Shown: positions 26,633-36,402, counted from the first letter of the stretch. The stretch is 64,000 bases of DNA from a virus (IMGVR_UViG_2799112568_000001:3857-67856), one strand, 5' to 3'. A program made the numbers and translations. Notes: generated by a model from the sequence alone, not told the origin.

Positions 26633-28890
26633 ATTTTACGATTTACCATGCCGACTGCATTGGGATCGCAGGCAACTGCTCCTATCCGCATGAGGTCACT
26701 GTCACGGATAAAGACTCCTTGCTGAAGGCGGTCGAACACGACTATGTCTGTGCCGAGTACAAGGGCAGCTATCGCAGCAACGACAACTTCATCGGGAGCA
26801 ACTGTCTGCCGGTTGATTGCGACAACGACCACAGCGAAGATCCGGATGACTGGATCTATCCTTCCGATGTCGCTGCTGCTTTTCCCGGTGTGGCGTTTGC
26901 GGTCCATTTCAGCCGGAACCACATGAAGAAGAAAAACGGCAAAGCTGCAAGGCCGAAGTTCCATGTGTTCTTTGCCATTGATCCGCTGACTGATGCGGCA
27001 CAATACAGCGACATGAAAAAGCAGGTCAATGCCGCATTTCCGTACTTTGACACCAAGGCTCTCGACGCAGCGAGGTTCTTCTTCGGGACCGACAAGCCGG
27101 AGGTTGAGATCTTCGATGGGCCTATGACGCTGACCACATTCCTCACCGACGATGACTTTGATGCGGCGATGGATGCCGGAAACTATGGTGAAATCCCTAT
27201 CCCGGAAGGCAGCCGCAACTCCACCATGTCGCACTATGCCGGACGGATTCTGAAGCGCTACGGAAACACCGACGAGGCTCACGCCCACTTCGCAGAGATC
27301 GCAGCGCGGTGCGTTCCTCCGCTGGAGCAGTCCGAGCTTGACAGCATCTGGCGCAGTGCGCAGCGCTTCTATGGCAAGGTCTCTACTCAGGAAGGCTATA
27401 TCCCGCCGGAGCAGTACAATCAGGACCTTCTGCTCAAGCCGTCGGATTATTCCGATGTCGGGCAGGCCGTTGTTCTGGCGCGGGAGTATGAAGGCAAGCT
27501 GCGCTATTCTCCGTCAACAGACTTCCTTGTCTATAACGGCAGCTTCTGGGAGGAGACCAAGCCCAAGTCTCAGGGCATCGCGCAGGAGCTCACCACCCGC
27601 CAGCTTGAGGAGGCCGAAACCGAAATCAAGAAGACCACCGACGAGATGGTGAAAAACGGTGCGTGGGAGATTCTCGCCTCGATGGGTCCGAAGAAGGCTG
27701 CGTCCGTCTTCAGCTCGGAACAGGCTCGTTCCTTCCAGAAATACGAGAATGCAACAACCTACAGGAACTACGCCATCAAGCGCCGGGACTCAAAATACAT
27801 CACTGCTGCGCTGAAAGAAGCTCGACCGATGGTGGAGATCGACCAGCGCGACCTTGATGCCGATGAGTTCCTGCTCAACACTCCGTCGGCTACCTACGAC
27901 CTGCGGCTCGGCATTACGGCGGTCCATGAGCACGAAGCCACCGACTTCATCACCAAGCAGACGACCGTTGACCCGTCCGACGACGGCAAGGATATCTGGC
28001 ACGATGCGCTCGATACTTTCTTCTGCGGCGACGCTGACCTTATCCGCTATGTGCAGGAGATCGCCGGTCTTGCTGCTATCGGCAAGGTGCATATTGAAGG
28101 CCTTGTAATTGCCTACGGTGAAGGCCGCAACGGTAAGTCCACCTTCTGGAACACGATCTCCCGCGTCCTCGGCACCTACAGTGGCAACATGTCCGCAGAC
28201 ACCTTGACGGTCGGCTGCAAGCGCAACGTAAAGCCGGAGCTGGCCGAAGTTAAGGGCAAGCGCCTCATTATCGCGGCAGAGTTGGAAGAAGGTATGCGCC
28301 TGAACACATCTAACGTGAAACAGCTCTGCTCGACGGACGAGATCTATGCCGAGAAGAAGTACAAGGACCCGTTCAGCTTCGTACCAAGCCACACGCTGGT
28401 GCTCTATACCAACCACCTGCCGAAAGTCGGTGCGATTGATGCCGGTACATGGCGCAGGCTGATCGTGATTCCGTTCAACGCCAAGATCGAGGGCAAATCC
28501 GACATCAAGAACTATGCCGACTATCTTTTCGAGCACGCTGGCGGAGCGGTCCTCAAGTGGATCATGGACGGTGCCAAACGCGCCATCGACAAGGACTACC
28601 ACATTGATAAGCCCGCTGTCGTGGTGGAGGCAATCAAGAAGTACAAGGATAATAACGACTGGCTCACGCAGTTCCTCGACGAATGCTGCGAGGTCGGTCC
28701 TGCCCTGACCGCCAAGTCCGGTGAGGTCTACAACGCATACCGCAGCTATTGCACGCAGGTGGGCGACTATATCCGCAGCACGACAGATTTCTACGTAGCT
28801 CTTGAATCCGCAGGCGGTTTCGATAGGCACAAAACGAAAAAGGGAGTCGTGATTTACGGGCTCCAGCTCAAGTCAGATTTCATGGAATAA
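26629..28890 (+). CDS. P4/D5-type primase-helicase
   Basis: N-terminal primase motifs (DCDNDH, SRNH, KFH), PriCT-like EGSRNSTM, SF3 Walker A GEGRNGKST, AAELEEG, YTNHLP. Confidence 0.92.
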   Translation: MNFTIYHADCIGIAGNCSYPHEVTVTDKDSLLKAVEHDYVCAEYKGSYRSNDNFIGSNCLPVDCDNDHSEDPDDWIYPSDVAAAFPGVAFAVHFSRNHMKKKNGKAARPKFHVFFAIDPLTDAAQYSDMKKQVNAAFPYFDTKALDAARFFFGTDKPEVEIFDGPMTLTTFLTDDDFDAAMDAGNYGEIPIPEGSRNSTMSHYAGRILKRYGNTDEAHAHFAEIAARCVPPLEQSELDSIWRSAQRFYGKVSTQEGYIPPEQYNQDLLLKPSDYSDVGQAVVLAREYEGKLRYSPSTDFLVYNGSFWEETKPKSQGIAQELTTRQLEEAETEIKKTTDEMVKNGAWEILASMGPKKAASVFSSEQARSFQKYENATTYRNYAIKRRDSKYITAALKEARPMVEIDQRDLDADEFLLNTPSATYDLRLGITAVHEHEATDFITKQTTVDPSDDGKDIWHDALDTFFCGDADLIRYVQEIAGLAAIGKVHIEGLVIAYGEGRNGKSTFWNTISRVLGTYSGNMSADTLTVGCKRNVKPELAEVKGKRLIIAAELEEGMRLNTSNVKQLCSTDEIYAEKKYKDPFSFVPSHTLVLYTNHLPKVGAIDAGTWRRLIVIPFNAKIEGKSDIKNYADYLFEHAGGAVLKWIMDGAKRAIDKDYHIDKPAVVVEAIKKYKDNNDWLTQFLDECCEVGPALTAKSGEVYNAYRSYCTQVGDYIRSTTDFYVALESAGGFDRHKTKKGVVIYGLQLKSDFME

Positions 28891-28897
28891 CGGTAAA

Positions 28898-28993
28898 GGT
28901 GCAGGTCGTGAAGGTCTCTACTAAAACTTTTCTTAGGACCTTAAAAAATCAACTATAAGAAAAGTTCTGGAAATAACCTTCACGACCTGCACC
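28898..28993. repeat. Nested inverted repeats directly after the primase-helicase; candidate replication origin
   Basis: Perfect 18-bp IR GGTGCAGGTCGTGAAGGT (28898-28915 / 28976-28993) enclosing a perfect 11-bp IR AACTTTTCTTA (28925-28935 / 28956-28966) in AT-rich DNA. Confidence 0.8.
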
Positions 28994-29022
28994 CACCCAT
29001 TAATTCCTGATGGAGGAGCATT

Positions 29023-29304
29023 ATGCGAGAGAAAACCATAGAACAGAAATTAGTCAATACAGTGAAAAGCTACGGCGGCATAGCGCCCAAGTTCGTGAGT
29101 CCCGGCTTTGGCGGCATGCCGGACAGACTGGTGCTGCTGCCGAACGGAAAAGTCGGATTTGTGGAGGTCAAGGCACCGGGCAAGGAACCGAGACCTTTGC
29201 AGGTAGCCAGACACGAACTTCTTAGGCGGCTCGGCTTCAAGGTGTTTGTGCTGGACAATCCGGAGCAGATTGGAGGAATACTTGATGCAATACGAACCAC
29301 ATGA
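29023..29304 (+). CDS. VRR-NUC domain nuclease
   Basis: REKTIEQKL, GMPDRLVLLP, FVEVKAPG, PRPLQ. Confidence 0.9.
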   Translation: MREKTIEQKLVNTVKSYGGIAPKFVSPGFGGMPDRLVLLPNGKVGFVEVKAPGKEPRPLQVARHELLRRLGFKVFVLDNPEQIGGILDAIRTT

Positions 29305-30649
29305 CTATCAGAAATACGCGATCCGCTATATCGAGGATCACCCCTTTGCAGCAGTTCTGCTGGACATGGGCCTCGGCAAAACGAGCATTACGCTCTCGGC
29401 GATTGCAGACCTTCTGTTTGACAGCTTCGAGGTTCACAAGGTGCTGGTCATCGCCCCTCTCCGCGTAGCACGTGACACATGGAGTGCGGAAATTCAGAAA
29501 TGGGACCAGCTACATGGCCTGACTTATTCCGTAGCGGTCGGTACTGAGGCAGAACGCAAAGCGGCCCTCAACCGGAAAGCTGACATCTACATCATCAACC
29601 GTGAGAACGTGCAGTGGCTCATCGACCAGAGCAAGATCCCGTTTGATTATGACATGGTGGTGGTAGACGAGCTCTCGTCCTTCAAGAATCACCAGTCAAA
29701 GCGCTTCAAAGCACTGATGCAGGTGCGGCCCAAGCTAAAGCGCGTAGTCGGGCTGACCGGCACTCCAGCTTCCAATGGTCTGATGGATCTGTGGGCAGAG
29801 TTCAAGGTCATCGACATGGGAAAGCGCCTCGGACGCTTCATTTCCCACTATCGCCAGAACTACTTTGTCCCGGACAAGATGAACGGGCAGATCGTTTACA
29901 GCTATCGCCCCAGACCCGGAGCCGAAGACGCCATATATCGGCAAATCTCGGATATCACCATTTCCATGAAATCGACGGACCACATCAAGATGCCGGATCT
30001 CGTTTCTACGGAATACAAGGTCTATCTCTCCCCGGACGAGCAGGAAGTCTACGATGACATGAAAAAGCAGTTCGTTTTGGACCTCCCTGCAGGCGAAATA
30101 TCCGCAGCGAATGCCGCAGTCCTCTCCGGCAAGCTGTCCCAGATGGCAAACGGCGCGATATATGACGATAACGGCGGCATGGTGGAAATCCATAGCCAAA
30201 AACTCGACGCTCTGGAAGACATCATCGAATCCGCAAATGGGAAACCCCTTCTGGTGGCCTATTGGTATCAGCACGATCTGAACCGGATCATGAAAAGGCT
30301 GCATGAGCGGCATATCCCGTTTTCCAAGCTGGACTCTGCCGACAGTATCCGCAGATGGAACAATGGCGAAATCCCGGTAGCGCTGATTCACCCAGCCTCT
30401 GCCGGTCATGGCCTGAATCTTCAGTCCGGCGGGAACCACATCGTGTGGTACGGCCTGACATGGTCCCTTGAGCTCTACTCACAGACCATAGCAAGGCTCT
30501 GGCGACAAGGCCAAACGGAAGAAACGGTGATTGTGCAGCACATCGTAGCCGAAGGCACCATTGATGAGCAGATTCTCCGAGCTCTGAAGGCCAAGGACAA
30601 AACACAGTCTGCTTTAATCGCTGCAGTAAAGGCTAACCTGAAAATCTAA
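29285..30649 (+). CDS. SNF2-family helicase
   Basis: PHDYQ, LDMGLGKT, VVVDELSSFK, GLTGTP, HPASAGHGLNLQ, ARLWRQGQ. Confidence 0.92.
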   Translation: MQYEPHDYQKYAIRYIEDHPFAAVLLDMGLGKTSITLSAIADLLFDSFEVHKVLVIAPLRVARDTWSAEIQKWDQLHGLTYSVAVGTEAERKAALNRKADIYIINRENVQWLIDQSKIPFDYDMVVVDELSSFKNHQSKRFKALMQVRPKLKRVVGLTGTPASNGLMDLWAEFKVIDMGKRLGRFISHYRQNYFVPDKMNGQIVYSYRPRPGAEDAIYRQISDITISMKSTDHIKMPDLVSTEYKVYLSPDEQEVYDDMKKQFVLDLPAGEISAANAAVLSGKLSQMANGAIYDDNGGMVEIHSQKLDALEDIIESANGKPLLVAYWYQHDLNRIMKRLHERHIPFSKLDSADSIRRWNNGEIPVALIHPASAGHGLNLQSGGNHIVWYGLTWSLELYSQTIARLWRQGQTEETVIVQHIVAEGTIDEQILRALKAKDKTQSALIAAVKANLKI

Positions 30650-30716
30650 AGACAATCTTCGACAAAATTCGACAATCCGTGCCAATCCGAGTGATCACAA
30701 ATTCGGAGGTGCGACT

Positions 30717-30908
30717 TTGAACCCATACGAGAATCTGGCAAACGCCATCATTCTACAAGCGGTCAAGGATTACCGACTGACCGACGACGAGCGGGAGCTT
30801 CAGGAAATTGAGCGCTTCTTTCGTTCCGGCTGGTTCGGCATCCTGTCAAAAGTCGATCCGGAATTCCTCATCAAAGAGTTACGGAAGGAGAAGCGAAATG
30901 ACCGCTAA
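30717..30908 (+). CDS. Small hypothetical phage protein
   Basis: RBS GGAGGT, TTG start, NLANAIILQAVKDYR; coupled to the next gene. Confidence 0.65.
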   Translation: MNPYENLANAIILQAVKDYRLTDDERELQEIERFFRSGWFGILSKVDPEFLIKELRKEKRNDR

Positions 30909-31323
30909 AGAATATCTGTCACAGGCCCGGACGCTGGACATGCGGATTAAATCCAAGCTCCAGCAGATCGAGTCCCTAAATGAACTGGCCACTTCCTGCA
31001 CCGTTGTTTACAGCGACATGCCCAGAAACCCGAATCGTGGCGGCTCCAAAATAGAGCGGGCCGTTTTGAAGATAATCGAGGTTGAGGACAGCCTGAAACA
31101 CGACGTCGAGGATTTGGTAGAACTGAAGAAGGAGATCATGGCCACAATCCACGCCGTTTCGGATGTTGAACTGCAAACCCTGCTGGAGAAGCGCTATTTA
31201 TGCTTCCTCTCGTGGGAGAAGATTGCGGTTGAAATGCATTACAGTATCCAGCACATTTACCGGATGCACGACACGGCACTTTCCTGTGTGGCCGCTATCA
31301 TGAGAGTAAATGAGAGAGATTGA
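30898..31323 (+). CDS. DUF1492/ArpU-like late transcription regulator
   Basis: MTAKEYLSQA...LLEKRYL...SWEKIAVEMHYSIQHIYRMH (region-4-like HTH); located just before the packaging genes. Confidence 0.8.
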   Translation: MTAKEYLSQARTLDMRIKSKLQQIESLNELATSCTVVYSDMPRNPNRGGSKIERAVLKIIEVEDSLKHDVEDLVELKKEIMATIHAVSDVELQTLLEKRYLCFLSWEKIAVEMHYSIQHIYRMHDTALSCVAAIMRVNERD

Positions 31324-31432
31324 GAGTCGCCTCTTATGATAGTATTAAGATGGACAAAGTGAAACATACAGAAGCCTTGTGGGAGCCCTCTCCTGCAGGG
31401 CTTTTCTGTTGCCCAGAAAGCGAGGTGAAACG

Positions 31433-31780
31433 ATGCCAAGGCGACCAAAGAAGCCGTGTCGTTACCCCGGCTGTCCTAACCTGACGGACGAGCTCTACTG
31501 TCCGGAACACGCAAAGCTGGCCCGTGGCCAGTACAACAAGTACGAACGCAGCCCCGACGTCAACAAGAAATACGGCAGGGCTTGGAAGCGGATCAGGGAC
31601 AGGTATGTCAAGGCCCACCCGTTGTGTGAAATGTGTTTGAAGGAAGGCCGACTCACTCCGGTCGAAGAAGTCCACCACATTCGCCCGATATCACAAGGCG
31701 GCACACACGCGGAAAGCAATCTGATGAGTCTTTGCCAGTCCTGCCACACGAAGATCCACCACGAGCTTGGCGACAGGTGA
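31433..31780 (+). CDS. HNH endonuclease (terminase-associated)
   Basis: CEMC...EVHHIRPISQGGTHAESNLMSLCQSCHTKIH. Confidence 0.92.
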   Translation: MPRRPKKPCRYPGCPNLTDELYCPEHAKLARGQYNKYERSPDVNKKYGRAWKRIRDRYVKAHPLCEMCLKEGRLTPVEEVHHIRPISQGGTHAESNLMSLCQSCHTKIHHELGDR

Positions 31781-31804
31781 TAGTTCTTCCGTCCTTCTCC
31801 GCAC

Positions 31805-31890
31805 CGGGTAGGGCCGGTCAAATCTCTACGACCTTTCGATGCGGACAGCGGCGTGGGGTCACGAACGCAAAAATCAGAAATCAAACGGGG
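31805..31890. other. Candidate cos/packaging initiation region
   Basis: Non-coding GC-rich stretch between HNH and terS, the usual cos position in HK97-like phages; cut site not determined. Confidence 0.35.
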
Positions 31891-31925
31891 TATTAACCCC
31901 AGACACGGAAAGTGAGGTGAAATGT

Positions 31926-32465
31926 GTGGCAAAAGACGGTACTAACAGAGGCGGTCCAAGAGTCGGTGCAGGCCGAAAATCAAAGGCACTGACCGATAAA
32001 ATCGCTGACGGCAGACTGAATGGTGCGATGGTTCTCCCTGAACCAGCCGAGATTGAAGGCGCTGACGTTCCTCCGATCAAGGACTACCTGAAAGCTGCTC
32101 AAAAAAGCGGCAAGGACCTGTGCGCCGAGGAGGTCTACCGGGACACTTGGAACTGGCTCAAGGCTCGCGGCTGTGAAATGTTAGTAAACAACCAGCTCAT
32201 CGAGCAATACGCCATGTCCGTCTCCAGATGGATTCAGTGTGAGGAATGTATCTCCGAGTACGGTTTTCTTGCCAAACATCCCACTACCGGAAATGCCATC
32301 GCTTCTCCCTATGTAGCGATGAGCCAAACCTACATGAAGCAGGTCAATCAGGTCTGGTATCAGATCTACCAGATCGTAAAGGAAAACTGCTCCGTTGAGT
32401 ACGGAGGAAGAAGTCCACAGGACGATTTGATGGAGCGCCTGCTTACAGCACGAAGAGGAAACTAA
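31926..32465 (+). CDS. terS: Terminase small subunit (P27-like)
   Basis: GTG start, RGGPRVGAGRK, HPTTGNAIASPYV; position after HNH. Confidence 0.8.
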   Translation: MAKDGTNRGGPRVGAGRKSKALTDKIADGRLNGAMVLPEPAEIEGADVPPIKDYLKAAQKSGKDLCAEEVYRDTWNWLKARGCEMLVNNQLIEQYAMSVSRWIQCEECISEYGFLAKHPTTGNAIASPYVAMSQTYMKQVNQVWYQIYQIVKENCSVEYGGRSPQDDLMERLLTARRGN

Positions 32466-32481
32466 TATCGGAGGTATTTTT

Positions 32482-33273
32482 ATGTTTGAAAAAGTCAATC
32501 CAGCACATCCCGACAAGGTGGCTGACCGCATTGCCGGTGCCCTTGTCGATCTTGCGTACCAGAAAGAAAGCAATCCCAGAATTGCGGTCGAAGTTCTTAT
32601 CGGGCACGGCACCTGCCACATCATCGCAGAGACGTCCGTACCGCTCGAACCAGCTGATGTTGTTGCTGCTGTACAAAGCATCGCCGGGGACCTTATCGTC
32701 GACTACCGCGAGGTCGCTCAGGATGAGCATCTGGCAGACAACCAGATCGACGGCATCCACTGCGGTGACAACGGCATCTTTAAGGGTGTACCTGTTACCG
32801 AAGAGCAGAAGCAGCTGACCAGCATTGCCGACTTCCTTTATAAGGTCTACGCCAGCGACGGTAAATACATTTTAGATGGCGACCGGCTTATCATCTGTCA
32901 GAGCAATGCGAAGAACGCGAACCTGCGCGAGACCTATCCCAATGCCGAGATCAATCCGCTCGGTGAATGGACCGGCGGTACGGATGTCGATACCGGCGCT
33001 ACCAACCGCAAGCTCGGCAGCGATATGGGCGATTCCGTCACCGGCGGCGGTCTTCACGGCAAGGACCTGTCGAAGGCCGACGTCAGCGTGAACATCTACG
33101 CATGGCTGAAGGCTCAGGAAACCGGAAGGCCGGTCGAGCTTTGCTGCGCCATCGGTGATGCCGATGTGTGCGGTATCCCTTACAGAGAAATCGTAGAAAC
33201 AGCGAGAACCTTCATCCGCTCTATCGGCGGCTTTGAAAAATTCGCTGAGTGGGGTCTTGTCTATGAATATTGA
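32482..33273 (+). CDS. metK: Compact S-adenosylmethionine synthetase-like protein (263 aa)
   Basis: HPDKVADRI, CGDNG (GDQG-like), DTGATNRK, GGGLHGKDLSKAD. Confidence 0.8.
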   Translation: MFEKVNPAHPDKVADRIAGALVDLAYQKESNPRIAVEVLIGHGTCHIIAETSVPLEPADVVAAVQSIAGDLIVDYREVAQDEHLADNQIDGIHCGDNGIFKGVPVTEEQKQLTSIADFLYKVYASDGKYILDGDRLIICQSNAKNANLRETYPNAEINPLGEWTGGTDVDTGATNRKLGSDMGDSVTGGGLHGKDLSKADVSVNIYAWLKAQETGRPVELCCAIGDADVCGIPYREIVETARTFIRSIGGFEKFAEWGLVYEY

Positions 33274-34498
33274 AAAGAAGAAAACGGCGGAGCTGCTTCC
33301 CGCAGAATACAATCCCCGTAAAGACCTGAAACCCGGAGATGAGGAATACGAAAAGCTGAAGCGCTCCATTGAGGAGTTCGGATACGTGGAACCGGTCATC
33401 TGGAACAAGAAAACCGGACGCGTGGTCGGCGGTCACCAGCGTCTTAAGGTCCTGATTGACCTTGGCATCACCGAAGTAGACTGCGTCGTGGTTGAAATGG
33501 ATGAGGCAAAGGAAAAGGCGCTGAACATCGCTCTGAACAAGATCAGCGGCGATTGGGATAAGGATAAGCTGGCTCTCCTCATCGCGGATCTCCAAGGCGA
33601 GGACTTTGATGTATCGCTCACCGGTTTTAATCCGGCAGAGATCGACGACCTCTTCAAGGCCAGCTTGAAGGACGGAATTCACGATGACGATTTCGATGTG
33701 GATGCAGAACTGCAGAAGCCCACTTTCACCAAGGCCGGAGACATCTGGACGCTTGGAAAGCACAGGCTGGTCTGCGGTGACTCCACCAAGAAAGAGACCT
33801 ATGACACCCTGATGGACGGCGTCAAAGCGAATCTCGTGATTACCGATCCTCCGTATAACGTGAACTACGAAGGCAGCGCCGGAAAGATCAAAAACGATAA
33901 CATGGCGAACGACGCCTTTTATCAGTTCCTGCTCGACGCCTTCACCAACATGGAAGCCGTCATGACCGACGACGCCTCCATCTATGTGTTCCATGCCGAT
34001 ACCGAGGGACTCAACTTCCGCAGGGCTTTCGCCGATGCGGGATTTTATTTGTCCGGCTGCTGCATCTGGAAGAAGCAGTCGCTGGTGCTCGGACGCAGCC
34101 CCTATCAGTGGCAGCACGAGCCGGTCCTCTACGGCTGGAAGAAAAACGGCAAGCACCAGTGGTACACGGGCCGCAAGGAAACGACCATCTGGGAATTTGA
34201 TAAACCGAAGAAAAACGGCGACCATCCGACCATGAAGCCGATTGCGCTTCTGGCGTACCCGATCATGAATTCCTCCATGAGCAATGCCGTGGTGCTTGAT
34301 CCCTTCGGCGGTTCCGGCAGCACTCTGATTGCCTGTGAGCAGTCCGAGCGCATCTGCTATACCGTAGAGCTCGACGAGAAGTTCTGCGACGTCATCGTCA
34401 AGCGGTACATCGAGCAGGTCGGTTCCGCTGATGGCGTGACGGTACAGCGCGACGGCGTGACCTTCCGGTATGATGAAGTGTCTAATGTAGACGAATGA
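33263..34498 (+). CDS. ParB-N-terminal-domain / N4-N6 DNA methyltransferase fusion
   Basis: YNPRK...GGHQRLK (ParB-like), TDPPYNV, HPTMKP, VLDPFGGSGST. Confidence 0.9.
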   Translation: MNIEKKKTAELLPAEYNPRKDLKPGDEEYEKLKRSIEEFGYVEPVIWNKKTGRVVGGHQRLKVLIDLGITEVDCVVVEMDEAKEKALNIALNKISGDWDKDKLALLIADLQGEDFDVSLTGFNPAEIDDLFKASLKDGIHDDDFDVDAELQKPTFTKAGDIWTLGKHRLVCGDSTKKETYDTLMDGVKANLVITDPPYNVNYEGSAGKIKNDNMANDAFYQFLLDAFTNMEAVMTDDASIYVFHADTEGLNFRRAFADAGFYLSGCCIWKKQSLVLGRSPYQWQHEPVLYGWKKNGKHQWYTGRKETTIWEFDKPKKNGDHPTMKPIALLAYPIMNSSMSNAVVLDPFGGSGSTLIACEQSERICYTVELDEKFCDVIVKRYIEQVGSADGVTVQRDGVTFRYDEVSNVDE

Positions 34499-34546
34499 GG
34501 GCCTCGGTTTTCCCCTGATAATTGGTACATTTATTTTTCAAATATA

Positions 34547-34578
34547 GCTTGCTATTTACAGGCTTTAGAGTGATATAT
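34547..34578 (+). promoter_or_regulatory. Promoter-like motif CTTG(C/A)TATTT..AGGC..TTAGAGTGATATAT, copy 1
   Basis: Near-identical copies at 35732-35763 and 56976-57007, each ~25-45 nt upstream of a start codon. Confidence 0.7.
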
Positions 34579-34609
34579 GTACCTACCAAAAAACAAGGAG
34601 GTACCCTCA

Positions 34610-35281
34610 ATGAAAGAACTTCACTACAACGTAACCGGACAGGATCGCAAAGAGATGGTCGGTGTCATCTCCAAGGTGATCGGCATGAAGGCGGTCTACA
34701 AATTCATGCCCACCTGCGCATTCGTCATCAGCAACATCACCGTCGAGAAGGACGGCACGATGGTTTGGGACGAGCGCACCGATCAGGACACCATCGAGGC
34801 GGTCATCATCGCCCTTGCAGCTGCAGGCTTCAACCCCGCAAAGGACGAGGACGAGGCTGAAGAAACCGGCCTCACGGTTGAGATCCCGCTGGAGCATGTA
34901 CAAGTCGGCAACCTGCTCAAGCTGCTGGACGCCAAGGGCAGCCTGATTAAAAAGGCGCTCGGTACCGACGACATTGGCATCGAAGTCAAACAGGACCGTG
35001 TCGCGTTCCCGTGGTTCAGCACCCTTCCGGAGCCCGACGAGATCAAGGCCTACAGCCACTTCATCACTGCGCTTTGCAAGCTGGCCAAGGACGCCAAGCG
35101 AGTAAACGCGACTGAAAAGGAAGTCGACAACGAGAAGTACGCCTTCCGCTGCTTCCTTCTCAGGCTCGGCTTCATCGGCGATGAGTACAAGGCTGAACGG
35201 AAGATCCTTCTCCGCAACCTTTCCGGTTCCTCGGCCTTTAAGAGCGGCTCGAAAAAGACGGAGGTGGAAACATGCGAATGA
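34610..35281 (+). CDS. Phage accessory protein (family often labelled virulence-related protein)
   Basis: RBS AAGGAGG; C-terminal DNEKYAFRCFLLRLGFIGDEYKAERKILLRNLSGSSAFK. Confidence 0.75.
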   Translation: MKELHYNVTGQDRKEMVGVISKVIGMKAVYKFMPTCAFVISNITVEKDGTMVWDERTDQDTIEAVIIALAAAGFNPAKDEDEAEETGLTVEIPLEHVQVGNLLKLLDAKGSLIKKALGTDDIGIEVKQDRVAFPWFSTLPEPDEIKAYSHFITALCKLAKDAKRVNATEKEVDNEKYAFRCFLLRLGFIGDEYKAERKILLRNLSGSSAFKSGSKKTEVETCE

Positions 35282-35502
35282 TTTCTAAAGCGGCCTTACA
35301 GGGCCTACGTGAGCGATACAAGCCCGGTGTCCGCGTCGAGCTTTTGAAGATGGACGATCTTCAGGCACCTCCCATCGGGACTCGCGGTACGGTGATCGGT
35401 GTAGACGATATCGGCTCCATCATGGTGAATTGGGACAATGGCTCCGGCCTGTCCGTGGCCTACGGCGAAGATCTCTGCAGGGTGGTGAGTGACGATGACT
35501 GA
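35272..35502 (+). CDS. DUF4314-like small protein
   Basis: YKPGVRVELLKMDD..APPIGTRGTV.GVDDIGSIMVNWDNGSGL. Confidence 0.8.
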   Translation: MRMISKAALQGLRERYKPGVRVELLKMDDLQAPPIGTRGTVIGVDDIGSIMVNWDNGSGLSVAYGEDLCRVVSDDD

Positions 35503-35671
35503 AACGATCAAAAAGCAGATCCTCGCCATCCGGGACACCGGTCTGACGAACATGTTTGATACGAACATGGTGCAGCGGCTGGCCTACGAAAGAAACTACT
35601 TTGAACTGGTGGTTTTTATCGAGGAGCATCGCAAGGAATACGTGCATTTCATCCTCTACGGCGAGGCATAA
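35495..35671 (+). CDS. DUF5049-like small protein
   Basis: IKKQILAIRDTGLTNMFD...YVHFILYG. Confidence 0.8.
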   Translation: MTETIKKQILAIRDTGLTNMFDTNMVQRLAYERNYFELVVFIEEHRKEYVHFILYGEA

Positions 35672-35731
35672 AGTACACAATTTCCGGCCCGAATCTTTGT
35701 GTAAAATACTTCGGATTATATCGCAGAAATG

Positions 35732-35763
35732 ACTTGCTATTTCAGGCGTTTAGAGTGATATAT
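35732..35763 (+). promoter_or_regulatory. Promoter-like motif, copy 2
   Basis: ACTTGCTATTTCAGGCGTTTAGAGTGATATAT upstream of ORF 35805. Confidence 0.7.
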
Positions 35764-35804
35764 ACACTACCGAAAGGAAATACACACAAACGGAGGAACC
35801 CACC

Positions 35805-36134
35805 ATGAAGAACGCCTACGAAATCAGAAAGCACTTCGGAACCATCGGAGATTACAACACCAGCATCGCCCGCGACGAATTCGAGCAGCTTTTCCACAAG
35901 ACCGAAGAAAAGGTCACCTTCACCTTCGGCGGCTGGGATGGCAAGAGCTACGACGGCGAGAGCCGCACGAGCCGGGTCTACCGCACAAGCTACCCCGGAT
36001 TCGAGGAGATCCGCTTCATCAAGGTCGGCAAGCACCTGCACAACATCGACGAGGATGACTTCCGAATCGAAAAGGCAACCGGCGAGAGCCACCCCACCGC
36101 CAGCTGGGTGATCGACGTCCGCAAGGCACAGTAA
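35805..36134 (+). CDS. Hypothetical protein (109 aa)
   Basis: RBS GGAGG, phage-like codon usage, own promoter-like motif. Confidence 0.75.
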   Translation: MKNAYEIRKHFGTIGDYNTSIARDEFEQLFHKTEEKVTFTFGGWDGKSYDGESRTSRVYRTSYPGFEEIRFIKVGKHLHNIDEDDFRIEKATGESHPTASWVIDVRKAQ

Positions 36135-36147
36135 GGAGGAAGGAACT

Positions 36148-36402
36148 ATGTGGAGCGAAGGAACCATCGGAATCCCCGACGCCAAGAACAAGGGCAAGTA
36201 CACGGTTTGCCATTATTGGGTGAAGCACTACGAGGAGCCCAGCGAACTCTACGGCATCAACGGCGGCAAGATCAGCAAGCTGACGATCCGGATTAACGGC
36301 AAGACCACCGCCAACTACGACAGAGGCTGGGACATCGAACCTGCCGAAGACGATATGGCAACGCAGATGGCATACTGCATCCTGCTCGAAAACTACAACT
36401 AA
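36148..36402 (+). CDS. Small conserved phage accessory protein
   Basis: RBS AAGGAGG; MWSEGTI...YWVKHYEEPS.YGINGGKISKL...YDRGWD. Confidence 0.75.
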   Translation: MWSEGTIGIPDAKNKGKYTVCHYWVKHYEEPSELYGINGGKISKLTIRINGKTTANYDRGWDIEPAEDDMATQMAYCILLENYN

